Origin: the human T2T-CHM13v2.0 reference genome, Homo sapiens
NCBI RefSeq assembly: GCF_009914755.1
Contig: NC_060930.1
Length of the DNA stretch: 64,000 nt
Reading direction: 5' to 3' (one strand)
Below are positions 1-14,561 of the stretch, piece by piece. Under the pieces are notes generated by a model. The model searched no databases, was not told the DNA's origin, and saw only the letters and a list, made by a program, of their open reading frames with translations. The position numbers were made by a program, and so were the translations under genes. Position 1 is the first letter of the stretch. Every line of letters begins with the position of its first letter.

Positions 1-2497
1 GACCACATATGTTGTTTTTGACTTTTTAATAGTTATCCTGACTACTATGGAGTGGTATCTCACTGTGGCTCTGATTTGTACTTCAATGATGATTAGTGAT
101 GATGATTAGTGATGATTTTCATGTCTGCTAGCTGCCTATATATGTTATTTTGAGAAGTGTCCGTTCATGTCTTTTGCCCACTTTTTACTTGGGTTATTTG
201 TTTTTTGTTTGTTGATTTGTTTAAATTCCTTATAGATTCTAGATATTAGACCTTTATTGGATTGATAGTTTGTAAATATTTTCTCCCATTTTGTAGGTTG
301 TCTGTTTACTCTGTTGATAGTTTATTTTGCTGTGCATAAGTTCTTTTGCTATGCAGAGGTTCTTTAGTTTAAACTGCAGGATTTCAGTTTGATTCTTTTT
401 TCATGGTTTCTATCTCTTTGTTTTACTTATCATTCATATTGTGAATTATTTCCTGGTTTTGCTAAATTATCTGTCTGTTCCATTGTATCTCATTGAGTTT
501 CCTTAAAATCAATTATTTTGAAGTCCTTTTCTGGTAATTTATTGATTTCAATTTCATTGGGATCTCTTACTAGAGAATTATGTTTCTTTGGTGGTGTCAC
601 ATTTTATTTGGTTTTTGCAGTTTTTTGTGTGCCTGCATTGACGTCTGTGTATCTGGTGGGGCAATGACCTCTTCCATAGTTTCTAGAGTGGCTTTCATAG
701 AGAAAGAATTTCACCTCCAGTTGGGTTTTAGTGTGCCAGTTGAGAAGGATGTAGAGACGGTGTTTCCAGATAAGTGCAGTGTTACAGTCTCCATGTAGCT
801 TCTTCAGCTGTGTTCAACATCAGCAATAAACTGTGAATGTCTCAGTAGTCTAGGCTGTAGAGTTCAGGTGTTTGAAGCAACTGTGGGGTCAAGGTCCTAG
901 GCTCAGAATCTCACAAACTTATTACGACAGCTTGGTCTTAGGGTATAGGTTTATGTTCTGTGGCACGGTTGAATGCAGGCTGCCTACAAAGCCAGGATCT
1001 GTGACTCTGAGATATTTCCTAGCTGCTTGGGCCAAGGGACCAGGCTGTAGCTATGATTCTACCCATGAAAGTCAGGGCACAGCATCGGCCCAACTCTAGG
1101 GGAAAAGAAGTGCTCTGGAGGATTGGTCCTAGAAGGTAGGGTAAAGTTGCAATTCAGAAACTTGAGCCAATACATCTTAATGGCAATTCAGGTCCCGAGA
1201 ATTGAGACATTGTGCAGTAGTGACCCTTGACCCTGTGATGGTGGGGCTTGGCAGTATCCCAGACTCTGTGAATCCAGACACAGTGGTAGCAAGTACTCCA
1301 GACTGGCAGAGCACAGATGTTGTTTGGGCCCTGGTGGAGAAGAACAGAAAACAGTATAGCAATAACCCCACTCCCCAAGAACAGCGATATTTCAGCAGCA
1401 AAGACTCTAGAGGGCTAGTCCAGCTCAAGGGAAGCAGAATATTAGAGTTTAGTAGTTTGGCCTGTAGGGTGGGGTCTCTCAAATCAACCAGTGCTCTGTT
1501 CTCCTGGAATGCAGTGTACTATGTCAGCTCATCCCTGGAATGAGCAGCAGCCCAGCTGGGCCAGGGCACCAATTCCCCAGCAGGGCAATGTGCTACTTTA
1601 GCTCATAGCTGGAAGCATGATTTTTTCTGAGCAACCCAGGTACCATTTATCTGAGTTGCAGGGCACTGCTTCAATGTAGATACTGGAATGTGTGACTGCT
1701 CTAGGTAGACAAGGCATCATTTTTTAAAATGCAGGGTGCTACTTCAACTTGGGCATTAGGGAGGCATGACTGTTCTTAGTGGCCAAAGTACTGTTTTTCA
1801 AGGTGCAGGGTATTGCTTCAGCTCTGGTTTGAGGTGGGAGGGGAAGGGGTAGGTGGAGCAGCTCTACCTCCATTTGGTCCTATGGGTAAGGTTGTAACAG
1901 CTGCTCACAGCTCTCGTTGGGGATGTTGGGTCACAGTTGATGGTGGTTCAGTGATGGCTTAGCCTCAGGGATGAAGGGTAACTGTGGCTACTTGCTCCTG
2001 GAACAAGACACATGCCAAGCATAGTTCCAGTTCAAGATGGTGTAATACAGTAGCAATATGTGGCACAGAGGATAGGGCAGAATGTTAATTCCTTCTCTGA
2101 GCAGAGCACAACTATGTGGACTCCAGGCAGCTCTGTCAAATAGGCTTAGTCCCCATGAGAATTGCAGGGGACCCCAGTGGTGAGGTCTGTAGGTGTCCAG
2201 GGTGTTGATGGGAGATGCTGAGATCTTCTTGCTTACCTCCTTACCTGAGGGACAAGTTTCTCCTGTATCCCAGTTGTGGGATGAAGTAGTGTAGCTTTGG
2301 CCTTTCCTTCCATTCTTTATATGGCCATCCTGAATAGCTTTGCACACCAGGGTTTCTATCACTTGTCTGATTAACTCTGACACTCCGCCTTCATTATTTT
2401 TGTTAAAATGTAGTTGTTTATTTGTTTTTCTGGCTATCTTTGTGAGGGGAAAAAGTGCTAGGAACTTCCAGTCAACCATCTTGTGATGTCCCTCCTC
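1..2497 (-). mobile_element. Old L1 (L1M/L1PB-type), internally deleted: ORF2 3' part (1-372) joined to ORF1 start and 5'UTR (373-2497)
   Basis: 1-372 resembles antisense ORF2 3' sequence. The minus strand at about 2470-2497 reads GGAGGGACATCACAAGATGGTTGAC, an L1 5'-terminal YY1-like motif. The intervening 2 kb is GC-richer and 5'UTR-like. Confidence 0.7.
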
Positions 2498-3078
2498 TCT
2501 TGATTTTACTGACTTTTCTATTGTTTTTCTATTCCCAATTTTATTTATTTTCATTATAATTTTTATTATGTTTTTCCTTTGACTTGATTTAATTAATTTG
2601 CTCCTTTTCCTAGTTTTACAGAGAAAGTTAAATTGCTGATTTCTTTTTTTCTTTTAATATTGACAATTTACAACTATAAATTTACTATTCATATTGCTTT
2701 TGCCACATCTCTTAAGTTTTGGTATGATGTGTTTTCATTTTCATTCATCTCAAACTATTTTCCAATTTCCCTTCTGATTTCTTATGTGACCCATTGGTTA
2801 TTTAGGAATGTGAGGTTTGATTTCTACATCTTTGTTCACTTCTAAAATTTTCTTCTGTTAATGATTTCTAATTTTATTCTATGGTAGTCAGAGAATATAC
2901 TTTGCATGACTTTCATTCTTTTAAATTTAACAAAAGTCATAGCCAAACTTATAATGAATCTTACAGAATGTTCCATGTGCACTTCAGAAAAATGTGTATT
3001 CTGCTGTTTTTGAGTGTAGTGTTCTGTATCTGTCTGGTTGGTATTTAATGTTGTCCAAGCCTTCTATTTTCTTGATGG
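2498..3078 (-). mobile_element. Ancient L1M ORF2 fragment
   Basis: T-rich degenerate antisense L1 ORF2 sequence (ccattggttatttaggaatgtg...gttccatgtgcacttcagaaaaatgtgtattctgctg). Confidence 0.65.
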
Positions 3079-4734
3079 TGTAACAAGGCCCTAACTCTCT
3101 TCTATTCTATGAAGGCCAAGAGAGATGAGAAAAACTAGAGAAGAAAAGTTGGAAGCTGGCAGAGACTGGTTCATGAAGTTGAAGAAGCCATCTCCACAAC
3201 CTAAAATTGCAAAGTGAAACAGTAAGTGCTCATGTAGAAGCTGCAGCAAGTTATCCAGAAGATCCAGCTAAGATAATTAATGAAAGTGGCTACACTAAAC
3301 AATAGATTTTCAAGGTAGAAAAAATAGTCTTTTGTTGGAAGAAAGTGCCACATAGGATTTCCATAACTGGAGAGGAAAGTCAATGCCTTGTTTCAAAGCT
3401 TCAAGGGAAAGGCTGATTCTCTTGTTAGGGGCTCATGCAGTTAGTGACTCTAAATCGCAGCCAATGTTCATTTACCATTCTGAAAATTTTAAGACTTTTT
3501 AAAATTATGTTAAATCTATTCTTCTGGCGCTCTATAAATTGAACATAGCCTGGATGATGCCACTTCTGTCTACAGCATGGTTTCCTGTATATTTTAAACC
3601 CATTGTTGAGATCTACTTCTCAGAAGAAAAGATTTCTTTCAACATATTACTGGTCATTGACAATGCGCCTGGTTACTCAAGAGCTCTGATAAAGATATAC
3701 AAGGAGATAAATGTTATTTTAATGGCTTATAACACAATATTCATTCTGCAGCCCATGGATCGAGTAGCAATTTCTACATTTAAGTCTTATTACTTCAGAA
3801 ATATATTTTGTAAGGCTATAGTTACCATAGGTAGTTATTCCTCTCATGGATCTGGGCAAAATAAATTTCAAAGCTTCTGGAAAGAATTCATCATGATAAA
3901 TGCTTTAGAATATTAGTAATTCATGAGAGGAGGTCAAAAAACCATCAATAATAGGAGTTTGGAAGAAGTTAACCTAACCCTCATGGATAACTTTGAGGAG
4001 TTGAAGACTTCACTAGAGAAAGTAACTACGGATCTGGTGGAAATAGCAAAAGAATTAGAATTAGAAATGGAGCCTAAAGATGTGACTGAATTGCTGCAAT
4101 CCCCTGATAAAACTTCAACAGATGAGGAGTTGCTTCTCATGGATGAGCAAAGAAAGTAGTTTCTTGAGATGGAATCTACTACTGGTAAAGATACTGTCAG
4201 CATTGTTAAATGGCAACACAAGATTTAGAAAAGTATGTAAACTTAGTTGATAAAGCAGTGGCAGGGTTTGAGAGGACTGACTTCAATTTTGAAAGAAGTT
4301 CTACTATGGGCAAAATGCTATCAAATAGCATCACACACTACAGATAATATTTTCGTAAAAGAAAGAGTCAATTGATGAGGCAAGCTTCATTGTCTTATTT
4401 TAAGAAATTGCCATAGCCACCCCAACCTTCAGCAGCCACCCTTGATCAGTCAGTAGCCATCATCATTGAGGCAAAACCCTCCACCAGCAAAAAGATTATG
4501 ACTCGTTGAAGGCTCAAGCAATCATTAACATTTTTTAGCAATAAAGTATTTTTAAATTATAATATGTACATTTTTAACATAATGCTATTGCATACCAAAT
4601 ACACTACAGTATAGTGTAAACATAATTGTATATGTGCTAGGAAACCCAAACATTTGTATGACTTACTTTATAGAGATATTTGCTTTGTTAAGGTGGTCTG
4701 GAATCAAATCCACAACATCTCCAAAGTATGCCTG
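3079..4734 (+). mobile_element. Tigger1 DNA transposon, 5'-truncated, decayed transposase
   Basis: ORF remnants 3539-3916 (ILLVIDNAPG...LQPMD) and 3923-4159 are pogo/Tigger DDE transposase-like. The 3' TIR ...ctccaaagtatgcctg is followed by TA (4735-4736). Confidence 0.9.
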
Positions 4735-5142
4735 TAGTTCTAACAAAGCTGAAAATATTTACATTTGGCCCTTTATGTTTTTAGCCTTTGGAACTAAGGT
4801 GTTGATACTGAATTTTAAGAGAAAATAAAGAACAGAGCCCCTAATCCATGCAAGAATGTGTACAAATTATGTTTACATTGCATTTTAAATACATAGAAAG
4901 GGAAGAATAAATTATTAAAGAACACTTATTTGATCAATAAAATTTCTTAATATAAAAGAGAAAGCCTTAAGGGAAATATTGGCAAATCTACTGTCCAATT
5001 GGCTTTTTCCACAACTCAACCTTTGTGTATGGGTGTGAGATTTTTAATATAATTTGCATATCACTGTATTATTAAACTTTCCATCAATTTTGTACGGAAA
5101 ATTATAACTTGATATTAGGCAATGGCATGGCTCTAAACTTAC

Positions 5143-5188
5143 GCAGTATCAGAGAAGATGTATTCCAAATTTATAGGATAGTCTTAAT
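5143..5188 (-). pseudogene. 46-nt exon (D*DYPINLEYIFSDT)
   Basis: ttctcttcactttag|ATTAAG...TACTGC|gtaagt; phase-1 join to the 5347 exon. Confidence 0.6.
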
Positions 5189-5346
5189 CTAAAGTGAAGA
5201 GAATGTATATGTATTAAATAATAGTATTTTGCAGTTTCACAGATATTATTTTAAAAGCATAGCCACTTGAAAGCAGAATAGACATTGACCAGTGGACTCA
5301 ATCTTAAGCCCACCTAGAGAGACAAGAAAACTGGTTAGGATCTTAC

Positions 5347-5505
5347 CGACCTCAGGTAAACAGAGAATTTCATGCTTATTTGTCACTAACACAATGTACT
5401 GCAGGCAGTACGCATAGTTTTGCTTATCAAAAAGAAAATATCAATATTAGAGTGGTACTGATGCAAAAGTACTTCTTTGCACCTAAGAAACTGAGAAAAT
5501 TAGCA
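5347..5505 (-). pseudogene. Exon remnant (...KQNYAYCL...HEILCLPEV)
   Basis: Donor GGTCG|gtaaga; acceptor at 5482 or 5505. The Cys pattern is comparable to [17 protein letters not shown]...PEMPCF. Confidence 0.5.
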
Positions 5506-5836
5506 CTATAAAAATCATTTTAGCTGCAACTCTCCTCAACACACCTTAATCACAGTATTTTTCACCATCTGGGCACAGAGATTAGAGACAAACATCATTT
5601 CTTAGCACCCTAGAGAACTAAGACCAGCACTAGTTCTCTAGAAAGTACTTGAACTTGCTTGCCTAAAATCTGAAAGAAATTACCATAAAAATATCTGAGC
5701 TGTGTAGTGCCACAAACCTCTAGGAGCATTACTAGCTCTTAAAAAGTCATAAACTAATATGCTTTGCATTGTCTGTTTTAACCCTAAAGGGATTGCTGAT
5801 TTAATTAAAACAACACTAGTTTAGAGTAAGACTCAT

Positions 5837-5960
5837 ATAGCAATATATTTCGCAACCTCAGCCTCGAAGGACGCCATGCTAACTTGGTCTTTTGACAAAC
5901 CAAAAGATCATCAATTAGTATCAAATTAAATCCAAGATGGACACATTAAATTCTCTGTAG
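5837..5960 (-). pseudogene. Exon remnant (EFNVSILD / FGLSKDQVSMASFEAEV)
   Basis: The donor appears mutated (atgagt). Matches recalled [16 protein letters not shown]...QGISGHHLMETSMTVNV. Confidence 0.5.
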
Positions 5961-6062
5961 CTTAAAACATTTCATAGATGTTTTTGAGTGTGTTCCCTCT
6001 GGAGATTTTTCTGGTAATAATTAAAGAATGTTTGTGCCTCTGAAGTTGAAACTTTTCCTCAC

Positions 6063-6169
6063 ATATCTATACCACTTTCCAATCATCTAAGTGTGATGAA
6101 ATTTTAACTGGAAATCACTGGTGATAAGATTGGCAGAGAAGCTGGCTGAAGCAAATGAGATACGCATAC
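6063..6169 (-). pseudogene. Exon remnant (CMRISFASASFSANLITSDFQL...)
   Basis: ttcctagttttacag|GTATGCG; phase-1 join to the previous exon; one stop. The donor is at 6063 or 6073. Confidence 0.55.
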
Positions 6170-6367
6170 CTGTAAAACTAGGAATAAGATATCTTATCCA
6201 ACCAGCAACTGACAGAGAATGTAGCAACTACATATGAATGTTATTTTTATTACAGAATATTATTCAGACCTACTTTGGAAACCTCAGATTAATTGGCAAT
6301 TCCATGGCTCAAGATTGCTAATAATGACTAATTATAAAGGGGTTACAATGCTCCAAAGATAACTTAC

Positions 6368-6575
6368 ACTGGACTCTGAAATCATAAACGTATATGTCTT
6401 CAGGAAGGTTATTGTTGTTCACTTTTGCATTGGTCCTACGCGTTTGAAGACAATAGCAAACTCTTGCGCATTGTTTTCCTGTGTTCAGCTCTCTGCATGA
6501 ATCCTTCGCTTCAGTCTGCCTAACCTCTCTTCTTCATCAGCCTTCATTTGATATGAAAAGTAACAGCAAATCTGG
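6368..6575 (-). pseudogene. 208-nt exon remnant (QICCYFSY... / NNLPEDIYVYDFRVQ)
   Basis: tccctccttag|CCAGAT...GTCCAGT|gtaagt; CpG-enriched. LPEDIYV compares with [15 protein letters not shown]. Confidence 0.65.
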
Positions 6576-7060
6576 CTAAGGAGGGACACTTGAAGGATTT
6601 AAGAAAATAACAACTAAATACTAATGCTATAGATGTAGGGCCGGGATACAGAGTTTATAAATGTACACTGGTGCCCAGATAATAAGACAATTGTCTATTC
6701 GATAGAGAAGGAAAACTAACTGATTAAAATTCATCTTCACATAAATGTAGAAAACACAAACTTAGAACCCTAGTTATTGATGATTTAGTAAGGGTGGCAG
6801 TGAATTTGAGAAAAAAAAAAGAGAGTGAGATATCAGGGAAAGGTGTATAGAAGCTAATCTTAATTTGTGGCTCTGAAATAAGAGGTCGTGGAATGTCATA
6901 TACAAGTTACCAGCATTGTTCACCAAATTTGGTGTGATTAGGGGATTATAATCATACCCAGAACAAATGTAGGAGTATGAATCTATTTAGATTACCTCCA
7001 AGTGAATTGGACAAAACTCTTAAGGAATAATCTTGAGATGCTATGAAAGACTAATATTAC

Positions 7061-7174
7061 TGGATCTTCCCTCCTGCTGTGTGGGAACCAGGACTAAGTT
7101 GAATCTACTTTGAGCAAAGGGGTATGTATCCAGCTTTTGCAAACAATATTGGGTCGCATAAACAAAAGCTATAA
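7061..7174 (-). pseudogene. Exon remnant (VIAFVYATQYCLQKLDTYPFAQ)
   Basis: ctgtttttag|TTATAG...GATCCA|gtaata. A phase-1 join to the 8982 exon gives SVFVIAFVY...LDTYPFA versus [16 protein letters not shown]...YDKPYA. Confidence 0.45.
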
Positions 7175-7343
7175 CTAAAAACAGCAGGATCATGTGGTGG
7201 TGGTGGCAGAAATCCTTCAATATATTCATCTTTTCAATTTCATTAGCAATGAAAATAACAGAGATTATTTCTTTTAATTGCTAATAACAATTTTATTAGC
7301 AATAAAAATAATAGAAATTAAGAACTGGACAAAAGCTTTGTAA

Positions 7344-7719
7344 TGGATATGGTTTGGCTGTATGTCCCCACCCAAATTTCATGTCGAAATGTAATTCCCA
7401 GTGTTGGAGGAAGGGCCTGGTGGGAGGTGATTGAATAATGGGGGCAGACTTCCCCCTTCCCCCCTTGTTCTCCTGATTGAGTTCTCAAGAGATCTGGTTG
7501 TTTGAAAGTGTGTAGCACCTCCCCCTTCACTCTCTCTCCTCCTGGCCATGAGAAGACCATACATGCTTCCCCTTCCACCATAATTGTAAGTTTCCTAAGG
7601 TCTCCCCAGCCATGTTTCCTGTACAGCGTATGGAACTGTGGGTCAATTAAACCTCTTTTCTTCATAAATTACCCAGTCTCAGGTATGTCTTCATAGCAGT
7701 GCAAGAATGAAACATTGCA
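7344..7719. mobile_element. MSTA-like MaLR solo LTR
   Basis: Starts gatatggtttggctgtatgtccccacccaaat; ends ...aattacccagtctcaggtatgtcttcatagcagt. Confidence 0.85.
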
Positions 7720-7798
7720 GGTAACGTTTCAAATTATCACACTCCTGGTTGCAGATGAGGAAACTGAGGTGCAAAGTGGCTTGTGAACATTTTTAACT

Positions 7799-8080
7799 AA
7801 ATATATATATATAATATATATGTATATATGTATTATATATATGTATATATGTGTATATATGTATTATATATATGTATATATGTGTATATATGTATTATAT
7901 ATAATATATGTATATATATGTGTATATATGTATTATATAATATATGTATATATATGTGTATATATGTATTATATATAATATATGTATATATGTGTATATG
8001 TATTATATATAATATATGTATATATATACACACAACAAATATATGCATACACATGTGTACACACACACATACACATACAC
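7799..8080. repeat. TA/TG-rich compound microsatellite/minisatellite
   Basis: Repeated tatatgtatatatgtgtatatatgtattata units followed by (CA)n. Confidence 0.95.
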
Positions 8081-8580
8081 CTTGCCCCCTGAAATGACTC
8101 ATCAAATGCTACCTGTGTAGCTTTCTTCACTTTGATGATTAAGCCAAATGCAAAAGATCATTCATAAGCAGCATTGTTTTCACAAACACAGCAGGCTGAA
8201 CTTGTTATCAAATATGAAATACAGCAAAAAATCAAATCTCTGTGCAAAAATACATTAAAAATTATCTGAACACATGCAAAGCCAGTGACAGTACTAACCT
8301 CCAAGGAGGAGGTGAAGAAAGAAGAATTAGAGTGGTGGGCAAAGGCAATGTTAGTCTCATTTATAATATTTTGATTTTGTACAAGGAGAATACCTTCATA
8401 TACTAGCTGTGTAAATAAAAATTAGTTTTAAAATAGTATTTGAATAGGTGTAAGTTACTGTTACCATATTTGTACACCCTTTTTTTCTTTCTGAGGTTTG
8501 TATTTTTAAAATGCTTAAACAACACAATATTATCATTTCTTCAATTCTAGTTGTATTATCTCAAGACCTAATATGATAAA

Positions 8581-8887
<307 letters not shown>

Positions 8888-8981
8888 TAGTAAGAATCAA
8901 TTCTTTTCCCCTCAATTTTTACCATAATCTTACAAGTATTTTTTCCATCTAATTTATATATTACTATATCACAAACCTTAC

Positions 8982-9153
8982 CAAAGACAGATTTTCTTTC
9001 TATTGCAGCTATTACCAAACCAGGCACATGTAATGGAACATTTACTATCAATTAAAATGATTTCTGGATTTTTACAAACTACCAGGAAACTAAAATCTTT
9101 ACAGGAAAGACAGCAGCAGAATTCCAGACATACAAATATTTCATTAACATATG
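8982..9153 (-). pseudogene. 172-nt exon remnant
   Basis: atttgtctatttctag|CATATG...GTCTTTG|gtaagg. YVNEIFVCLEFC compares with [18 protein letters not shown]. Confidence 0.6.
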
Positions 9154-9635
9154 CTAGAAATAGACAAATCTAGGATATTAAATCAGTGCTTCATCTAATT
9201 TAAACAAATCTGTAATAATTTGATGGCAATCAATCTCATCTATTGCAACCAGCTTCTGATGCTGTCGTGTTTAGCAAATTTGGGGCTAGTATCCACTTTT
9301 ACAGTTGGACTATTTTGATATTTTGGACATATTGTAAATAACTTTTCAATGTGAAAAAGAACAGAAAATGCGACTAACATAATTCACTAGTTTTATATCT
9401 TCATATAGTATATTCTATTGCCATTATTCCTTGATATCACAGTCTAATTTAATGTGCATAGGCATGAAATAGAAGTAGAGTGTTAGATCTAGAAAAAATC
9501 TTGGAAATCTTCTAATTCAGCTTCTGCAGATGAGAAGTTGACAAGCAAAAGATACAGATACTGACTTTAAGTCATTCAGCAAAGTAGTAATGAGTTTAAC
9601 TGGGACAAATGTACTGACCAACATAAGCAGTGTAA

Positions 9636-10049
<414 letters not shown>

Positions 10050-10593
10050 TAGAATTGTTTTGTATTTTATTTTTTGGTTTAAAAAACCTTGCTTTCTCTT
10101 AGTTAATATCTGGCATCACTCAATGCTTCCTAATTACAATTAAATTCCTAACTCTATCCTTACAGATAGAGCAGTATCAGAACAAGTGGACTCTTGCCAA
10201 TTCCCCCATCACTCATTTTTGTAAACTTTCTATATTTGCCCTCATCCTGTGACTAACTCAAACCTATAAAATTCTACTGTGTAATTCCCCTTTATCTTGT
10301 ACTGAAAAGTCCTCTTCCCCCTGCAACCTGAGATACGATTGGAAAATTCAAGCCGTTAGTAAATAGCATGCATTCCTACGTTGGAAAGCAGACCACCTGT
10401 GTACACAAAACACCTGGGTATAAAGACTGAAGTCTCCTATTATTGATTCAAAACATGAATATCAATGGCAGAATTCTGGAATATTATCAGATAATATTCT
10501 CAAAGGTGCTAATAAACTAAAAACTTCACACAGTGCCCTGTAGATGTTGCTTCAATTTCTCTTCAGGTTTTCTTCTTTTCATTCCTTTATATG

Positions 10594-11441
<848 letters not shown>

Positions 11442-11611
11442 GTTATATGCAAATACCTTGGACTATCTCTAAAGATAATCTGGTCTTTGTATGAGTTAAC
11501 AGATGATTTTTATATATTTGGAGGGGAGAGATATTCAGTTAGTAACCATTCTATAAACTTTACCTCAAGACCTGACATGGAAATTTACCAGACTTGGTTT
11601 ACCGGGTGGTC

Positions 11612-11827
11612 CACTGCTAGGAAAACATTTTCTAAAATGGCCAGAAAGCAAATATTTTAGGTGTTTTAGGTCGTGTAGTCTCTGTCACAACTATTCAACT
11701 CTTCCTTTGTCATGTGAAAGCAGCCACAGATAGTGTATACATAGGTGGGTGTGGCTATGTTGCAATGAAAGCTTATTTACAGAAACAGCTGTCAGGTTGG
11801 ATTTGGCACACAGTTTTCCAACCCGTG
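11612..11827. mobile_element. MER58A (hAT-Charlie)
   Basis: ggccagaaagcaaatattttagg...gtctctgtcacaactattcaactc...gaaagcagccacaga matches the recalled consensus. Confidence 0.8.
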
Positions 11828-13014
11828 GCACAATTGAACTGGCACATAGATGACATTCCAGTGTCATTACATGTAACTTATTGGAAAATCAGTCCGACAT
11901 ATTGGATATAACTGGACTCTTCAAAATTATAAAAATAGCAAGCTCATGAAGAGAAATGGAATAAAGCTTTTGCACAAATACTCTGCTGTATCCCTCTGCC
12001 ACAGTAAGTAGATGAGAATGAACATAGGCTCATTTGGGTTTAAAACATTAATTGGAACTAATTAAATTTTGCACATTGTACTATTTCATAGTTGGTAATA
12101 CAAAGAGACACTGTTATTCAGCCAAATTATAACTTTTTTGAAAAATTAATGAAAATATTTAAAATTTAAAATGGTGTTGGGGGCTGGCAACTCAGAGATG
12201 GAAAATTTAAACGAGATGAATAACACTGAAGAAGGCAAGTAAAAAGGCATCTCGTTACACAAGGGCAGCTGAAAGGCAGACAAATAACAGGATACGGCTG
12301 GTAGGATAAATAGAAGGAGACAAGTCTTGAGTAGTTTCCATGACTCATTGCTGAGCCACAGTAACCAGAGAGGCACAGAGACTGATTCAAAATGCATACA
12401 GGAAAAGTGAATATGGCATGCAGAAAGAGGAATAAAAAGAGCCAAGAACCAAGAAAGGATGAAATGGAATGATGTCTTAGAGAGATAACTTCCCTGGAGA
12501 GACTTCTGGAAAATAGAGACACAGAAATTGGTTTTGTTTATGATCTCTTGCCAGCAGCTTCTTGTTTACAATACAAGGGTTAAGTCAAAGATGACAGGTG
12601 TACCTGACAATGACAGGAAAGCATTTTTACAGCAAGAGTGTTTTGCTGTCCTAAGGGTTTAGTCTAATAGAAAGAACTCAGGCATATATTTAAAATCAAT
12701 CATGTGTCTGACAGCCAACGATGCATTTCAGATAATCCATTGGGACAAATGTTTCACTTGCTAAATTTGAGACACACATAAGAGATGCAAAAGCAAATTG
12801 AGCGGAAAAAAAAGTCACTTTATTTAATAAGTTTCTTTTTCCCTTTCCATTCATCATCAAAGCCAGAATAAACCTGACACAACGGAAATGACTAAAATGA
12901 AGTAAAAAGGTAGTTGTCATTGAATAGTTATCCCCATGGCAATAGGAATAGACTGTGAACACCAAAGAATGAAAGGAATGAATGAATAATGAATGAATAA
13001 ACACAATATGTATT

Positions 13015-13180
13015 TTGAGAACTCGGAATCAATCTGATGGTTTTGGGATGTGCCAGAAAAGATACACAAGAGTCATGATATCAGAAATGACCAACATTCT
13101 GGCTTTGCTAGAATTTGCTAATTTGTGAGATAAAATTCTTCCCATGTTAGAAGGCAAATTTAGAGGAAATAGCCCAAGAT
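13015..13180 (-). pseudogene. Exon remnant LANSSKARMLVISDIMTLVYLF / TIRLIPS
   Basis: Ungapped register match to recalled [30 protein letters not shown]...VYQLFPS, with one frameshift. Splice boundaries are uncertain. Confidence 0.55.
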
Positions 13181-13256
13181 AGCTTTAGCTTTAGCTGCTG
13201 CTTTGTTATTATCATGAAAATAGTAGCTGAACTACTCTTAAGATGAGAATTTATAC

Positions 13257-13391
13257 ACTGTGATCAAAATAACTTTAAAAAATATCTCCAGCTCCTGTGT
13301 GATTCTTTTTGCATATGTCACACTAAAATGTATAAGAAAGTCTTTATTCTGATGAAGTCACTAGATATCATCAAAGGAAAAATTTATCTTG
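13257..13391 (-). pseudogene. Exon remnant (KINFSF...SWRYFL)
   Basis: Acceptor tttattatgcctccag|, phase-compatible with the 14520-14561 exon. The W..FL motif sits where CATSPERG has IWGNFL. Confidence 0.45.
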
Positions 13392-13399
13392 CTGGAGGC

Positions 13400-13643
13400 A
13401 TAATAAAAACCTTTATTGAGCACTTCCTAAGTGTCAGGCATGGTGGTGAGTGCTTTGATAGTAGTTTCACAACAACCCTGGGAAGAAGATATTATTAATA
13501 TCTCTATTTTTATATGGAAAAAACTGAAGCCCAGAAAGGTTAAGTAACTTGCTAAGGAACGCAGCTGAGAATTGGCAGTGCAGGGATTCTACTGCAGGCT
13601 GCCTCACCCCAAAGTCTAGGTCTGGATCACAACTCTACATTGT
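13400..13643 (-). mobile_element. MIR
   Basis: MIR core aaactgaagcccagaaaggttaagtaacttgctaagg. Confidence 0.8.
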
Positions 13644-14021
13644 AAGGTTTTCTGCATGCCTGGACTGAAATATTTGGTAATTCACTACCCATGACAACAG
13701 TGCCCCCCCTAGACCTCTTTAATTGGCTTTGGTCGTGCAAGAGTCCTTTAAGAGAACTTTCCCGTTCTGGGTTATAAACACTGCCTACCTCTTAACTCAT
13801 GATGCTGGTTCGTGGCCAGAAAGGTGATTTTAGTGGGTCATCTACCACTACACTGATTTCTAGAGTTGATTCTGTTGTTTTACTGGCTAGGCAGGTGTGT
13901 CCTTTCTCCCTCTCTTCAGTCGGCAAGCAGCCCTCCAGAGGCCCATTCTTTGGTCATGGATATTCATAGAAGGCATTCAAGTTTCCTGATTGAATTAATC
14001 ATAGTGTGATTGACCACTCAG

Positions 14022-14211
14022 GGCGGTTCTCTCCAATGTATGGTCCTGAAAACTGCAAAGTAGCAACACCTGAGAGCTTGCTAGAAAGGCAGCTTCTCAG
14101 GCCCCACCCCAGACATACAATATCAGTGTCTTTGGAGTGGGGGGCCTAGAAATCTGCATTTTATCAAAATCCCAAAGCAAGTTGCAAATATATTAAAGTT
14201 TGAGAGGCATC
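14022..14211. mobile_element. MER5A
   Basis: cacctgagagcttgctagaaaggcag...caggccccaccccagac...aatctgcatttt. Confidence 0.8.
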
Positions 14212-14519
14212 AACTTAGGGGACTCCCTATGACTATCACTTTTCCTCATATTTAGAAGATTCATAGCTCTGTATATGGGGAGTCTTTCGGACCCATAATC
14301 AGTTCCCTGCGGAGCCCAGGGCAGCTACTCCCAATCTCAGCTGACTAGAGATTCCCTGGCTAGAGATAGTAGATGTTGAATGTAGCCACATGTGAAAATT
14401 CTTCCTAAGTTGTTTTCATAGAATTGCAAATTGTATGTTTTTATGGAGCCCTAGTTCTCCTCAAATTCCCAAAGAAATCAGTGACACCAAAAGCTTCCCC
14501 CTGGGATGCTCCTCGTTAC

Positions 14520-14561
14520 TCCTTGTCTTTGGTATACTTCACTGCATAAAAGAGCTCAAAG
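14520..14561 (-). pseudogene. 42-nt exon (FELFYAVKYTKDK)
   Basis: ttttttttttgtctcag|CTTTGAG...AAGGA|gtaacg; symmetric phase 2, only one open frame. FELFYAV compares with [15 protein letters not shown]. Confidence 0.65.

Noticed and set aside
1988-2554. 188-aa minus-strand ORF
   Set aside because: It spans decayed L1 sequence and has no recognisable domain.
3539-4159. Possible domesticated TIGD gene
   Set aside because: The transposase is fragmented and 5'-truncated; this is an ordinary Tigger1 fossil.
7828-8105. ORFs rich in Y/I/C/H (also 18759-18971)
   Set aside because: They are translations of TA/CA simple repeats.
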